The notes under the pieces were generated by a model, which was given only the letters and a program-made list of their open reading frames with translations, had not been told where the DNA came from and ran no database searches. The translations under genes were made by a program, and so were the position numbers. DNA of 59,157 nucleotides, counting the filler, from Sphacelaria rigidula (taxonomy: Eukaryota), in the NCBI GenBank assembly GCA_964200075.2. It is 5 parts of 5 records of this genome, joined end to end, with 100 filler letters (N's around TTAATTAATTAA, not from the genome) between each part and the next. Parts side by side here need not be neighbours in the genome. Positions count along the whole stretch, not along the records: positions 35,558 to 47,307 come from CAXNAA020004553.1; positions 47,408 to 59,157 come from CAXNAA020004554.1; 3 more parts are not named here. The stretch is one strand, 5' to 3'. The first letter of the stretch is position 1. Each line of letters opens with the position of its first letter. Shown in pieces: positions 37,761-50,718 of this stretch.

Positions 37761-40700
37761 TGACGAATATTCCACCTCCACTCAGGCCCAAACTTTGCAT
37801 TGGTCGCTGTCGTCTTCATAAGAGGCTGGCAAGTACGTAGTGGTCGCTATATGATGTATGATATAGATTGAGAGTTGAAGAGCATCTTGATTTTGAGCTA
37901 TGACCTGGTTGAAGACTGTCTTGAGGTCGGATAGCAGTTGTTTTGACACGAGGCCACATCGCCTAACTTTTTCTGCCGGCGCGATGCATGGAGCATTAAT
38001 ATAGAAGCTAATCAATCATATCTTCGAGGGTTGACACATCCAGCTACATATCCATGTGCTGCTTGCTTCGGGCGGTCAAGTCACCAGGGAACAACTCGTG
38101 AGTCAAGCTCTCTGGTTGTATTTTATATACCGAATGACTCTAGACTCCATGCGGCATTTTGAGCGGAAGTTGATTAGCCAGCTCCGAGACATGCAGTTCA
38201 CCTGCTCTCATGGGATGAGGTATTTGATCCTGGGACAAGAGCAATCACGCTGGCTGCCAATGCGTAGCTGGAGTAATAATCTCGCTTATCATGACAATTA
38301 TGGAGCTTCAGCTGGGATATACCATGACAATAATGGGGCTTCTTCGCTGGTCCTTATTTCTGTATTGCTTGTTCGAGTTGCTGTTGTTTCTGGCGCTGTC
38401 ACCTGGCGTGAAGCCAGTTCGTTTTTTCCACTACAGGCGTTCGCTGGCGCACTTTTGTTTTGTAGCGGCCACTTGATTGTTTACAACACACGCCGGCAGA
38501 TCCCAATACTCGTCTTTTTTTTTTTATTCCTGCGCTTTGCTCACGCTGTTGAATTATACACAGACCCGTGATGAGTAGGATCAATCACATTTCCCGTATC
38601 AAAGACGACCCCCTTCCCCCGCATACCCAGCTCGGATTGTGCCAAAGCTTGCGATTGTCGCTTCTCAAGGGCGACAACTGCAATATTTAGTGCATTACAG
38701 TACAACATGGTCTGTACTGTACCAAAGATTCGGCACTGTTTGAGTTGCTTGTGTACTCATCGCCGCCGTACTGCATGTCACCCCCGCTCACCCCCACCTC
38801 AGCTAATTGCAGCGGAAATCATGATACTGCCGACGAGTACTGCCAGTTGAGCTGCTACGCCATGCGTACGGGTGTCGCGATATTGTCTACGCGCAGCTGG
38901 AATCGAGCTAGTTGCTGTTTCCCATTTTTGCCAAACCTTCGCAAGTGCTAAAACTGGACTTGACGGGTTGGTGTCGCTGTCACTGTGCTTCACGAGTACA
39001 GTGATTATTTTCATGGCGGAATGATTTAAACTTCGTCCCTGCTCACTGTGCTTCACGAGTACCGTATTTACTTTCATGGCGGCATGATCTAAACCTACGA
39101 CATCTCTGTACAGTGTGTGTTGTGTGTTGTGTGTTGTCGTCCCATCTATTCTGGGCGCCGGTCTACACCTTTCGATATATATGTGCGCACCAGCCGGGGT
39201 CACAGAGGAGGAAGGTCAACACAGAAGCTTTTTCCTTTTTGTTTGTTTTCAGTACCCCACCTTCCTTCTGCGGTGCTTGCCTTTATTTTTTATCGCGAGA
39301 GGAATTTAGCAGTCTCTTTCCCTCGTCGACCGTCAAGTCGTTTTTGTACAGTACTGCATTAACGAGTTACTTTATGCCAGGAACTCTTGAGATTCTGTCG
39401 AAGAACCCATTTTGTTTTTGCGGTTCCTGCGATCTTTCCCTAATTTTCTACGTTCACTTCGCCCCAACACATCATTAATTAGGTCACAGGCCGGGTAAAT
39501 GTGCGGTGTGCACTAAGCTGCATAGTACAAAACCCATCTACTGCAGCCAACCTCTGACATTCAAAGTTCTACGAGCACGACGGAATCATGACGTCTTCTT
39601 GCTTTCTTGCCCTTCTTGGTTCAAATTTCAGCAGCACGGGTGCTTTCCACTGTTCTGTCTCGCTGGCTGAAATGGATCATATGTGGAACAAGTCAGAGGG
39701 TTAGGTCATGTCCTCAGCGTCGGTACCAACCACCGTCGTGATGACCAGTCGATTCTCTCTTTGGCTTTTCGCACCATGAAATTGGCGATAAGCACATCAA
39801 ATCAGCACGTCCACGGACCTTACCGAAACACCGATGTGGAACCGTTACGTCGACCCCCTCCTTGAACCTGACTAGATCCGCCCCTGTAAGGATACATGTC
39901 AATGTTGTGGCATGTGGTTTCATGAAGAAAACTGGGTATACCGCGGCCGATTGTGTACCCATATATCTGATGCGCACCTGTGAGAAGCTTTTCACTAATG
40001 CGCTCGGTGTGCTGAGATTATTTTCTTTTGACCAAATCCCCACAACACGGGCGTATGCGTTAAAACCGTCGCCCTCAACATCGCGATTCGCGCGGTTCAA
40101 ACAACCAACCCCGATTTGATATTGTAACCACGGTAGTGATCGCAGCAATCTCAACCCACAGTGCAATCAGTCGTATTTTTAGGCTCGGACGCAAAGGCTT
40201 TCGGCCCAAGCCTACCCATATCTGATTCTGGCGCGTTTCACCCGTATGCGCAGGGTCAATCATAAGACGGCACACGACCTCTTCTGCTTGAACTTGCACA
40301 ACGGTTGAGCCCCGCCAGATGATATCTATCCCTCCACTGCTACACGCTCCACTGGACGATCTTTTGGAAATTACCAAACCCCGCGTTTCCAAATAAGCAT
40401 ACAGTGGGACGATTCAGAGTGCACCCCTGTCTCAAAATTAGGCCGTCCTCTGCCCGTTTTGAATACACTTCGTGTTCATTTATCAACGTCTGCCACAGGC
40501 CCACATTAGGGAACCAACGGTTGGAAGTGCCCCCCCTTTTCTTTCGCTTGGCCAGTAGACACACATCACAGAACTGAATCAATGTCGTACGGCACAGGTT
40601 CAGGTTTGTGGTTGGGCTCGATCAGACTGTCATGATGGGTTCCATGGCAGAAGAATCCCGTACATCGTTGCATGACTCCCAATTGCGCGATGACCAACCC

Positions 40701-41949
40701 CAGTGTTTCAATTCTGGAGCTGATCACCTAGTTTTACCTCCAAGTGGTATTAATCATAGCCAGTTGGATCCTTTCTCCTCGCGGGATCGGCAGTCATGTG
40801 GTGTAGCACCTCCCGCCTCCGAAAGCAGGTACATCTTTTGTCGGGGTAGGTGTTACCTCTGCGACCGTTCATTGCAGGATAATAAAATAAAGGCCACACA
40901 CCAGCCCCCACACATGCTTAGGTGCCAAGCCGACCCCTGTTACACCCACGAGCGAAATGACGTCGGTGCCCGGTCCCCTTTTATTTGGTGAGCGTACTTT
41001 TTCGAGCACGGAGAACAACCGTGTCGAATCCGGCTTTCCGTCGCTCAGCGGGTTGGGAAGGAACCCCAAGCACAGCGCCGGTGGAGCGCCACGAGCGTGA
41101 CCGAGGGCGGACTGTCCTTGACCAATTCCCAATAGCCCCCGGAGCAGCCGAACCTTTGGTGCGCTCTACGCGTCACCCTCGGCGGGCTCCTCCGGATGAA
41201 CCTGTAGATATCCCTGATGACACAGTTGCACCCGTCCACCGAAGTCGTGAACGGGTGTGGGTTTCATTAGATGAAGATGATACTGTCGACCAGGCCGGTG
41301 TTTCCCAGATTTCGAACAGATCAGCACTGCTCCCTGCCGACTCCTCACATACTTTGTTAGAACCTACCACTGAAATAGCGTTGTCATCTCTTGGGTCAGA
41401 TATCTCGCTGCTAATTGGGCGTTCGCCTCCTTGTCATGAAAACCCCCCGTCTGAGTCTTCATCACAAGGAAAACATAGCGTCGTGACCGACGAGCCGCCC
41501 ACGCTTGACCGCTCGTCTCCTATTTTATCAATGTTATCCCCAACTATCACGGGTAGCGAATTGACTTGAGTGGAGCCAAATCACGTTCACCCTTTGCCGA
41601 AACATCCCCTCGTTTGTCCGTACCAGATGCTGTAACTTCGCCAGCTTCGCTAACCGACGCTTCGCTACTTGTTGCAGCCGACCAAGGTATCTCGAACCAA
41701 ACGCAACAGTTGTCGCGGCCAGCCACGACAACTACCCTTCCCAGGCATCATCCATCCGTACAGTATACGAATTTGAACACTCGATCGATTCCCCAATACT
41801 GCAAAAGACACTACGTGCCCCAACCTACCTTCGGACAGAAATCTTGCTCCGAAGGATCATCAGCATGTGTAGTTCAGCGCAGCCGCTCACACCCATAAGC
41901 ACAGTTTGTCTACAGATTCCTTGTCAGAATTGGATCGGATTTATTCAGC

Positions 41950-44900
41950 GGAACTGCAATCATGGATGATGCCTCCGTTCACGACTAGAATAGTGCGACA
42001 GCTTACCACCAACTTGTAATGGACTCGCAATCTAAAGAACTGACGGCGTGTTGTACAAAATCAGGCTTGCGAATGACTGGAAACACCACGAGGTGCAGCC
42101 GGCGCCCCCGGGGCGTTTTAACGTGTGATGGTTTTGGTGAGTGATAGATTTTTCAAGTGTTACCCCGACGATGTGGTAATACACGGTAGCACACTTCCGA
42201 ACATGCCGAGCACTTGGCGTATTTCTTCGCTGTCTTCGAACCGCACAACTTGAAACTTGCTCCGTCCAAATCCCGCGTGGGAGCGACTAGCATCGAACTC
42301 CTGGGCCACTGCATCACTCCTGGTGGTCATAGTCGAAACCTCAACAAGGTTGCCGCACTTGAAGGTGTGTCCATGCCACGGGATACATCTCAACTGCGCT
42401 CCTTTCTCGGCGGTTCGAGCTACTACCGACAGTATTTGCCGAACCTAGCCCAAATCTTGAAACCTCTCACCTCTCTTCTAAAGAAAATAAGGGGTGAAAC
42501 TTGCGTTAACGTCGGGAATGGAGGAAACAGTACGTCAACTGCTTGACACTTTCGCGATCACCAATCTTGGTTTTGCCAGACTGGTCAGTCGCAGAAAATG
42601 GTTCATGTCCGCCCCGACTTTCACGGATTCCTCTAAATTTGTCACCTTGGAGAAGGAGCAACCAGATGCTAATATTCGCCCCATTGTATATTGGAGTCGA
42701 CCCACCCACCTAAACGAACAAAACTGGTCGGTCATGGAGCGAGAGGCCGGCGCGATTGTTTGGGGAGTGAGACGTCTCCGTCAGTACTTGTATGACAATC
42801 CGTTCGTGATTTATACAGATCATTGGTCTTTGGAAAACCTCGACAGTTCTGCCTTGGGACGTATTACGGATCCCACCGAAGACATTGTATATTTCATTGT
42901 CAGAAGCGGTCATAGCGGAATCTACACACTACTCTCATTGAACAACAACTCGGAAGTTGTCATCGATGGGCTGACGACGACAGCTCACGCTTCTGTACTA
43001 GGCAGTATGCCACCACAGTCCGTTGTGTTCAGTTTGGAGTGGAGCTAGTACAAACCCGAGCGGGTATGATCATTTCCGTGCAACTGGCCATAGCATGGTT
43101 TGTGCTGCAGATGTAGAACTGTCTTGTACTGACTTCGTCCTCCCGGTTCAAGTTCGAGATATCATCGCAAATAGAACCCGGGGACGGAGGGCCACCGATA
43201 CGGCCGCCACCCTGGCAGTCGTAGGCCCAACCTTCCCATCCCGGTGCGCGATACTTTCCTTGCACCCCCTCAACCACCGCGGCGCAAGGCCCCCGGAAAA
43301 TCGACTCCATTCACAGCACCCCTTCCTTCCATATCCGAAGCCTCGGCTTTGCGCCCCCTCCCCGGTGATGATGTCCCCACTGATGCCTTATCACCCGATG
43401 CGCTAGTTGACGTAGGAATCGCAGACAATGTTCCGCTTGAAAATACACTAACTGTTCCCCCCGCCCATGATCCAAATATCCCTGATTCGAGTCAACACCA
43501 CCGTCACACGCGCCCCTTCATTTTGGACAAACCATCGGATAGTGTGTTTGAGAACATTTGACCCTTTTCTCCCACGCCGATTGGGCCAGGCAACAAGAAG
43601 CTTAACCTGCTTGTAGAGCGGCTATCCATTATCTACCCAAAAACTGCCCATCATTTTTTCCGGCAACTGAATTCCTCTTGCCCGTTGGGAACCACAAAGC
43701 CCCCACACAGGATGAAGTTACTGAACTAACGCGAGAAGGTATGCTTGGTACGGATGATGATGTGTTGCTCTTTTAGTTCGCTGATCGACAGCGCCCCTTC
43801 GTGTTGGTAAATCTACCAATGAACATGCCTGTTTTGTTAGGTGACGATCCCACACGAATGTTTGTGCCGCTGCTTCTGCGTCCATGGGTTCTCCATGACT
43901 GCCATTCACAAGCATCGGCACATCTTGGAGTTGCTCGGACATCCCAGATGCTTGAGCGTTTTGATTGGTGGGTTTGTATGGATCAGTGTGTACATTGGTG
44001 TGAGGCGCAAACAACTTCGCGTCAAACGGTTCGATGGCGAATTATTTTCATGCCATTCCCCAACGGGCCTGGTGAAGTAGCCTCATGGGATTGTTTTTGT
44101 CCGTTACCTCTCTCTGATAGTGGTAGCAAGTACATTTTGTTGTTTACGGATCGGTTTAGTCGACTCGCGTTAATGCATGCTGTTTCGGAAACCAACTAGA
44201 GTGCTACAGGCACAGCCACGTCCTCGTGTACACGTACATTCCGCAATGGTGTGAACCAAAACGATTGTTGTCCCATAACGGCTTGCATTTCGCCGGTAAA
44301 CTTTCTGCCGCGATCAGGAACCTCCTGGGAGCCCGTCGTATTTTTACTGGCTCATAATATGCATGTCCAGGTTGTCACTGACGGTGTTCGAACGGAAACC
44401 TTACGGCGGCCATCAAAGTTTGGATCAGGATATCGTGGAGTACCATATTTTTGTTGGTAATCGTCTTTGTCTTGTGTATGAGGTGTTACGCGAGCAGAAC
44501 CGCATCAATGCCGTTTTCTTTTTGTTGCGGTAGATCGAGATCATCTCCGGCCCTCAACTGATCCGCGGCCGTGGTGGTAAGATGACGATTATGTATCTAA
44601 CACATTGGAAGGGTATCATGCGTGTTATATGGGAGCGTGAAGTTGACTTACGTCACTTTCTTTGGGAAAAAATGCTGTACTGGGTAGGAGACGCCGTCCA
44701 ACACCGCCCGTTGAATAAGAGATGAAGGTGAATGCGCAAGGGAGCTGCCGCTCGGGAACTGGCACGAGAGCACTCGGCGAGGTTTGTTGTAACAGGATAT
44801 AGCCTTCTTTCGCGTTCACAATACATGCAGTCTTCTCACGGACAACGTTTGCCGAAGGGGGCGTATTTTTGGTATAAGTCTTTGGGTTCACCGTGGTGGT

Positions 44901-45120
44901 GGGGTAGGATTCATTTTGTCGATCCTGCATCTGACAAATCCTACTTTATTCGTTTCCTTGATGACCCGAGCCCCCTTAAGATTCGCTTGGATGATGCCTA
45001 CTACACCGAGGTGTCGACCGCTCGCAGAGGATCCTGGTGCCTCCAACGACACGGCCAAGGCGATCTCGACACAGCCGTTCTACGCAACACGGACACCGCT
45101 TGGGAGGCAGGAGGCTCATG
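41950..45120 (+). mobile_element. Decayed Ty3/gypsy LTR retrotransposon pol (RT-RNase H-integrase); probably extends 5' to about 39600
   Basis: RT: AYHQL..D..SKELTA (42001), YPDDV (42161), LKLAPSK...LLGH, LRSFLG..SYYRQY. RNase H: RPIVYWSR...NWSVMEREAGAIVWG...YTDH. Integrase: H....AHLG, WDCFCPLP...YILLFTDRFSR. The RT-RH-INT order is that of gypsy. Many stops and frameshifts; LTRs not identified. Confidence 0.92.
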
Positions 45121-46437
45121 ATGCCTCATTCGAGTCTGCTTCCCCACTCACCTTGTGTAGCGTACCATGTTCGAATGGCTGGTCTTGCGCCGTAGCGTCG
45201 TTGGATAACCATGTTTCCCCCCCCCCCCCCTTCAGTTTTTATTTTCCCTACGGTTGTAGTCCCCGTTCCTCTATCGGTCGTATTTGCTATTTGGTATTTA
45301 TGTCTGGCTTTGGACCTTCCATTTGTGTTTTGTTTCCGTTTTTCTGTTGTTTTGTTTTGCTTTCTGTTTTTTTCAGTGTGTTTCGTATTTGATATAAATA
45401 TTTCTCAGTTCAAATATCGACGTATTCCGTGACGACCTTTTCACAAACATTCCTGACCCCGAGCCTGGAAAATTTTCAACCGCCGTCGTCCGCGCCGTGC
45501 ACTCACGATCAATCCGTATACTAGAACGATCAACACAAGTTGTTCTCTTCCCTTCCATCGCTGTACGCACCTCTGTCTCGTTTGGTTTCTCAGGCTGTTA
45601 TTTTTTTCGTTGTTGTTTTTTGTTGTTGTCGTTGTTTTGTAGAGAGTTTCCGGAGCGATGGCCAGACATACCTGACCCTCCGTCTGGAATATTTGCGCTC
45701 TTGCCCAATCGCTCCACACACGACTACCACCTCCCTCTTGAGGATCGGTCGTGACGTGCCTTTTGTGTGTGTGTGTGTGTGTTCCATGTTGGGTTCTATG
45801 TTACCATGGGCGCTAGTAACCGAAGCGGATCCGGAATGCTTTGACCTTCTTGGTTGAAACAGTTGACCCTACTTGCTTCGTACACACGATGACCGCTGCC
45901 GTAAACAAGGACGGTCGCCACGTGTTATTTTTCTGCTTCATGTTTCTGGTATTTTGTTTTCGCTGTTGCCAAGCGTACCCCTGGTTTTGTATTTACTTCG
46001 GTTTTGGTTTTTGCGTCTATGTCGGGAAACACCATGAGTGTCCCGAAGTTCCTGACCCTCGAGTCTCGGAACACTTGGCCTACGTTTTCTGCGAGCCCTT
46101 CTCACACGCGACCAATCTCGTTTATATGAAGGGTCACGTGTGATGCGACGCAACCGATGGTTTATACTTTGATGATTGATATCTGACAACGAGGTCACCA
46201 CTGGCCGCGTCACGTCACGACGTTGAGGAATTTTCATTGCAGTACTGGAGTATTTGGTTGCAAACGTCTCTTCCCACAGGACCATTACGTATCATGATAG
46301 AATAGATTGCTCGTCCGGAACAGACCGTTCCGCCATGTCGATATTCGACCATCGGTACAGCCTACAGGCTCAGAGTCCGCCACTCGCTATTTTTTTCTCA
46401 CTGCTTACACCAGGTTTTTGCCTACGGTTACCCGCCC

Positions 46438-46692
46438 ATGAAATTGGTCGGTGGACCAATGCCGAGATAACCCCCCCACAAAACGTGCACCGGAGACAGT
46501 CCGAAAACCGTCTGCGATCCCACTGTTGGGCTCGTTTGCAGCAATTTCGCCCGCATGAAAAGCGTGTAGCAGTCCAAAATCAGCTATAACGCCCAAATGC
46601 GTCGCGTCGTGCAGCACGAAAACAGCTCTAACGGCATTCATGATCGTCGCCTTAGTGCACTTTTTTGGCCGGTTCGGGGGGGGGGCATCTCG
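46438..46692 (-). repeat. Copy of the 5575..5823 repeat
   Basis: Reverse complement of the 5575..5823 sequence blocks. Confidence 0.85.
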
Positions 46693-47160
46693 GCAGCAGT
46701 CGGTGGCGTTTTGTTTTATTAGGGACTAATGGGCGAAGTAACGTCACGATACGACCGGCTGTGATTTTTACTCCAGTTCGTGTTCGAGTCAGCCCCGTTT
46801 TAGTCCGAACGGACAAATATCGTGAGGGGTAGACTGCGTTGGTCCTCCCTGTCCCGTGTATTGGTCGTGGTCCAGAGATGTGTTGAGCGATCCGCCTCGG
46901 AACTACGTTGTGGCCCCGACGGTTGTGTATTGACTCAGTTACGTTTCTTTTGACGTGCACAGATACCCAACCTCATAAACCGGCCGGTTGTCTTAGTATC
47001 TCGTCGTGTGAGAAAACAAAAGAAGTGCTGTACGACTGGATCATCACCCAGACGTCCCTAGCAAAACGTTACTCTCACAAACATGTACTGACAACTAACC
47101 ATACGTCGGACGAGCCATCACTCTTCGAGACGAGTGCACTCGTTGATGTTTTTCGAAAAC

Positions 47161-47307
47161 ACAACGAGCATGACTCGTGTGAGTTAGTACTTTTTTTTAC
47201 AACGAGCATGACTCGTGCGCTCGAGTCATTACTTTTTTTACAACGAGCATGACTCGTGCGCTCGAGTCATTACTTTTTTTACAACGAGCGACGACTCGCG
47301 TGCTCGC
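47161..47307. repeat. About 41-bp tandem repeat running into the contig end
   Basis: ACAACGAGC-starting units (ACAACGAGCATGACTCGTG...) at 47161, 47199, 47240, 47281. Confidence 0.9.
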
Positions 47308-47407
47308 NNNNNNNNNNNNNNNNNNNNNNNNNNNNNNNNNNNNNNNNNNNNTTAATTAATTAANNNNNNNNNNNNNNNNNNNNNNNNNNNNNNNNNNNNN
47401 NNNNNNN
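47308..47407. other. Artificial contig linker
   Basis: N44-TTAATTAATTAA-N44. Confidence 0.99.
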
Positions 47408-47411
47408 GTTT

Positions 47412-47556
47412 TTGTTTTTTTTACGTGAGTTAAGGGCAATAATCAGTTTCAGGTTTCAGCAAAACGCCCTTATCTCACGAAAAAAAACAAAAAATATTGG
47501 CCGGCGCATCCGCCTGCAAACGTTCATGCAGCCTCTAGGCTGGCCCAGCTCGTATC
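47412..47556 (+). repeat. Internally deleted copy of 55575..55787
   Basis: AAGGGCAATAATCAGTTT...AAACGCCCT and TATTGGCCGGCGCAT...GCTGGCCCAGCTCGTAT are shared. Confidence 0.85.
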
Positions 47557-48279
47557 TAGAGAAAGTTCCGTTAATGCAAAGTAATGACATGCACGCATAC
47601 CACAGCATTGTGCAATCCAGTGCATTTTGTTTCCCGAAGGACGACTTGCTTACACGCGGATAAGGCGATACTGCGAGTGTTGGAATACGCTGACCCGTAG
47701 CATCCTGCTGCGGTGCCCAAACCTTCGTGTTCTCCCCCCTTGGGCAAAACCCGGTGGACAACGGACATGTCACTCTTTTCCATACCTTTAATATCCGTCG
47801 CACTGTACGTTTCTGCTCTACTTTATATCGTGTATTGGAATCGTACACTGCAGGGTGGCGCCCACGAACGTCTAGTCACTATCTCTCCTGCCGCCACTGC
47901 TACAGACGGGCATTCATGGTTTACTGGCGATATTTCGGATGCAGCGGGTGGTATTACCTTTGTGTTTTTCTTGTGTTTTCTGTCGTGTATATATGCGTTG
48001 GCCTACACGCTGGCGGGTCCGAGTCAGGGCCGGAGATATGGCGTTTCCTTGGTCCATAAAGTCCCGCCATATGTCCCCACAACGTACCGCAGTAGCAATC
48101 AATGTCCTCTCAACCATGAGTGAGAACGGGTGACTGACAGTGTCACCCGGTAATGCGCATTTTCACGCGTTTTACTCTCTGATGATTCCCCATGACGTGG
48201 GCGATATCGGCGAACGACCACCCTCGGGCGAGCTTTTTGGTTGTAGGTAGGCAGGTCACCATGCATTCTAGTGCAACCT

Positions 48280-48570
48280 CCACCTGGGATATCATATCAA
48301 TCTGGGGTATTGATCCTGAAGATCGTAAGCATCTGGAACATTCATCCGGAATATCGTTGTCGCCATGTCCATCTGGGATATGGACATTCATCTGGGATAT
48401 GGACGTCCATCTGAGGTATCGTAGTGTGGATGGACGCCCATCTTGGACATCGATCTTCATCTGGAATGTCCATACCCCAAATAGACGCCCATATCCTTGA
48501 TGGGTATTCCAGATGCGTATAATCTTCAATATGGAGACCCCAGATGCACGTCCACATCCCAGACGTACGT
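48280..48570. repeat. Degenerate 19-bp minisatellite with internal orientation switch
   Basis: CATCTGGGATATGGAC-like units up to about 48470, then inverted CCCAGATG units. Confidence 0.7.
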
Positions 48571-48664
48571 TGCACGAAGATGCGAGACCATGGGTAGGTT
48601 GTCGATGGTCAACTGTTCATGTTTATCGACCAAACGTATTCAACGAGTCATGAGTCGTGGTGGC

Positions 48665-48925
48665 ACCTATGACCAATCATTCAGAAATATAAGTGCGAGT
48701 CTGACTGAATCCTACAAGTTTTCCGGAAAACGAGGGCGAGTCTGACTCGAGCCCTATGGATCATTCGGAAAAATAAGCATCCCAATCGGAGTCCTTGAAG
48801 TCATTCGAGAGAAGGAGGACGCGTCTGATGCAAGTCCTATGAATCATTTGAAAAGAACAAATAATCTAACTGAATTTATTTACACCATCCGGGAAAACGA
48901 GGACTCGAGTCCTATGGACCATTCT
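48665..48925. repeat. Degenerate tandem repeat of about 42 bp
   Basis: CCTATGGATCATTC...GCGAGTCTGACT units starting near 48666, 48711, 48753, 48793, 48836. Confidence 0.7.
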
Positions 48926-50496
48926 CGATTCACTATAGTAGTCCTGTATTTGCCTCGAGGGACCTGTCATAACGCTGTTTTTCTCGGCTTTTACGCAGTG
49001 TCTCCTTCCATTCCCGACGCTGCGTAACCAATCATATGGACAGCGAGTGAGGGGCCAAGCGGACAGAGGCCGAGATCTTGTAGGTTTTCCTGCTTTGTTC
49101 TCATTAAACAAGTGCTTATAGTGAGTGACAATTCAACTGCGCTCAACACCGTGTAGATATGGTGTTGAAGGCGGTCCAGCTGTTTCGGGGTAAAGTACAT
49201 CCTCTTAGTACAGATTCTACATGCATTGTCTTCAGTTGATTTTGTGGCGGAAATACATCCCTTCTACCCCGGCTTCTTCTGCGAATGTACCCGTTGAGTT
49301 AGCCCCCACCAATATATCACACGCCAACAAACTTAGTCGATCAAGCAATCAATAAAAAGAGGAAACGGAAACAGGCAACCGGAAAGACAAGGGGAGTCTT
49401 ATTCACGTCACGACTGAATTGTGCTGCAATTACAGGATCCACTTCTCCTACCCGCCCCCTCGGCCACGGCTGGCAGCAGCGTGGTAGGGGGCACAGGCCG
49501 CCAGGAAGTAACACATACAACTGAGCGCAATGGGGTTTCTGTTACATCTCTGCAGAGAGATACACTTGTTGTCGAGCAGTGTTTCCTCTTGACCCACTAC
49601 CTTCTGGACACGCCGCTGCTGCTCTGTCATTGCGTTGGGGGTCACGCTATCGGTAGCATGTCTGCATATAGATGATAATGAAAAAAAGGGCGTACATTGT
49701 ACTGCACGTTGCTGTCGTGTGCTGTGGTGTGCTACACTGCACTGCTGCGCTGTGATCGAGGTGAGATGTGAAGCGCACTGACTGCACACCATTATTTGTT
49801 CGCGTTGTTGAATGAGAACATGTTGTGTCAATTTTCACACTAAAGAAAAGCTTAGTGAAATTTAGGGTGTAGCTTATGATCGATAGTCATCTTTTACTCG
49901 GAAGACGGTTGCAGTCATGTGTGCCATTAATGGAGGAAACACTGACGAGTAACAGTGCGACGAAGAATAGAATGGAGGGGAATGGACATATCGACCATCG
50001 AAAATTCCTCTCATCAATGCGCACATGCACGATAGGCAGGTTATGACTAGCTGTAGTACATATTGCCAAACATTCCGAGAATGATTTCCCGATTGATATA
50101 TTGAATGCGAGCGTAGGGTTTTGACCGGTCGCGATTCCAAAAATCGTATATCGGGGTTAGTTTGCCTGTGGAGTATAGATACAACGTTCAACCCGTCGGA
50201 ATGTTGACTTTCTTGGTCGCCAGGTTTACGTATCACGGCCACGTTGTATCTTTTCAAGTGATCATGACGCCAAACATACAAGGGGTTGAAAACGAAGGAC
50301 TCCCAAATTCCCGAAAATATGGTTACCGCTAACGAGCAGTCAGCAAAAGGCACCTTTGGTCGCTCGTGAGCCGAAGACCCCAAAAGAGTTGACCAAATCT
50401 CCGGAATTAGCAGGTACAGCGTCGTGTCTTTTGCCAGACAACGACATACCATTTTTGCAACCATCCGGAATGGGAAAAATACGCCACACGCTGCTC

Positions 50497-50582
50497 CGCC
50501 CCGGTGTTCTAAGTTGAGCGGTACAGATGCGCAGTAAGGACAGAGGGTTGGGGGTTCGAATCCCGACATATCGGAACTTTTT
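50497..50582 (+). mobile_element. tRNA-derived SINE head
   Basis: GCCCCGGTGTTCTAAGTTG...GGGTTCGAATCCC followed by a T-run. Confidence 0.65.
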
Positions 50583-50609
50583 TGAGGATAATCTGGTTCC
50601 CGTCGCTGA

Positions 50610-50718
50610 CCTCTTGACTGCGAGCGGTGGCCTATTTGTGAATCGGCATCGTTTTCATTTCCTCCTCAGGTACAGATGTTTCTGATCCACGAATGGACCA
50701 CCGCTCGCAGTCAAAGGG
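50610..50718. mobile_element. piggyBac-type MITE
   Basis: TTGACTGCGAGCGGTGG / CCACCGCTCGCAGTCAA perfect inverted pair. The right end is AAAGGG; the TTAA flanks have decayed. Confidence 0.6.

Noticed and set aside
38290-39095. Two-copy local duplications (33 bp at about 38290; 63 bp at about 38980)
   Set aside because: Ordinary slippage duplications with no further structure.
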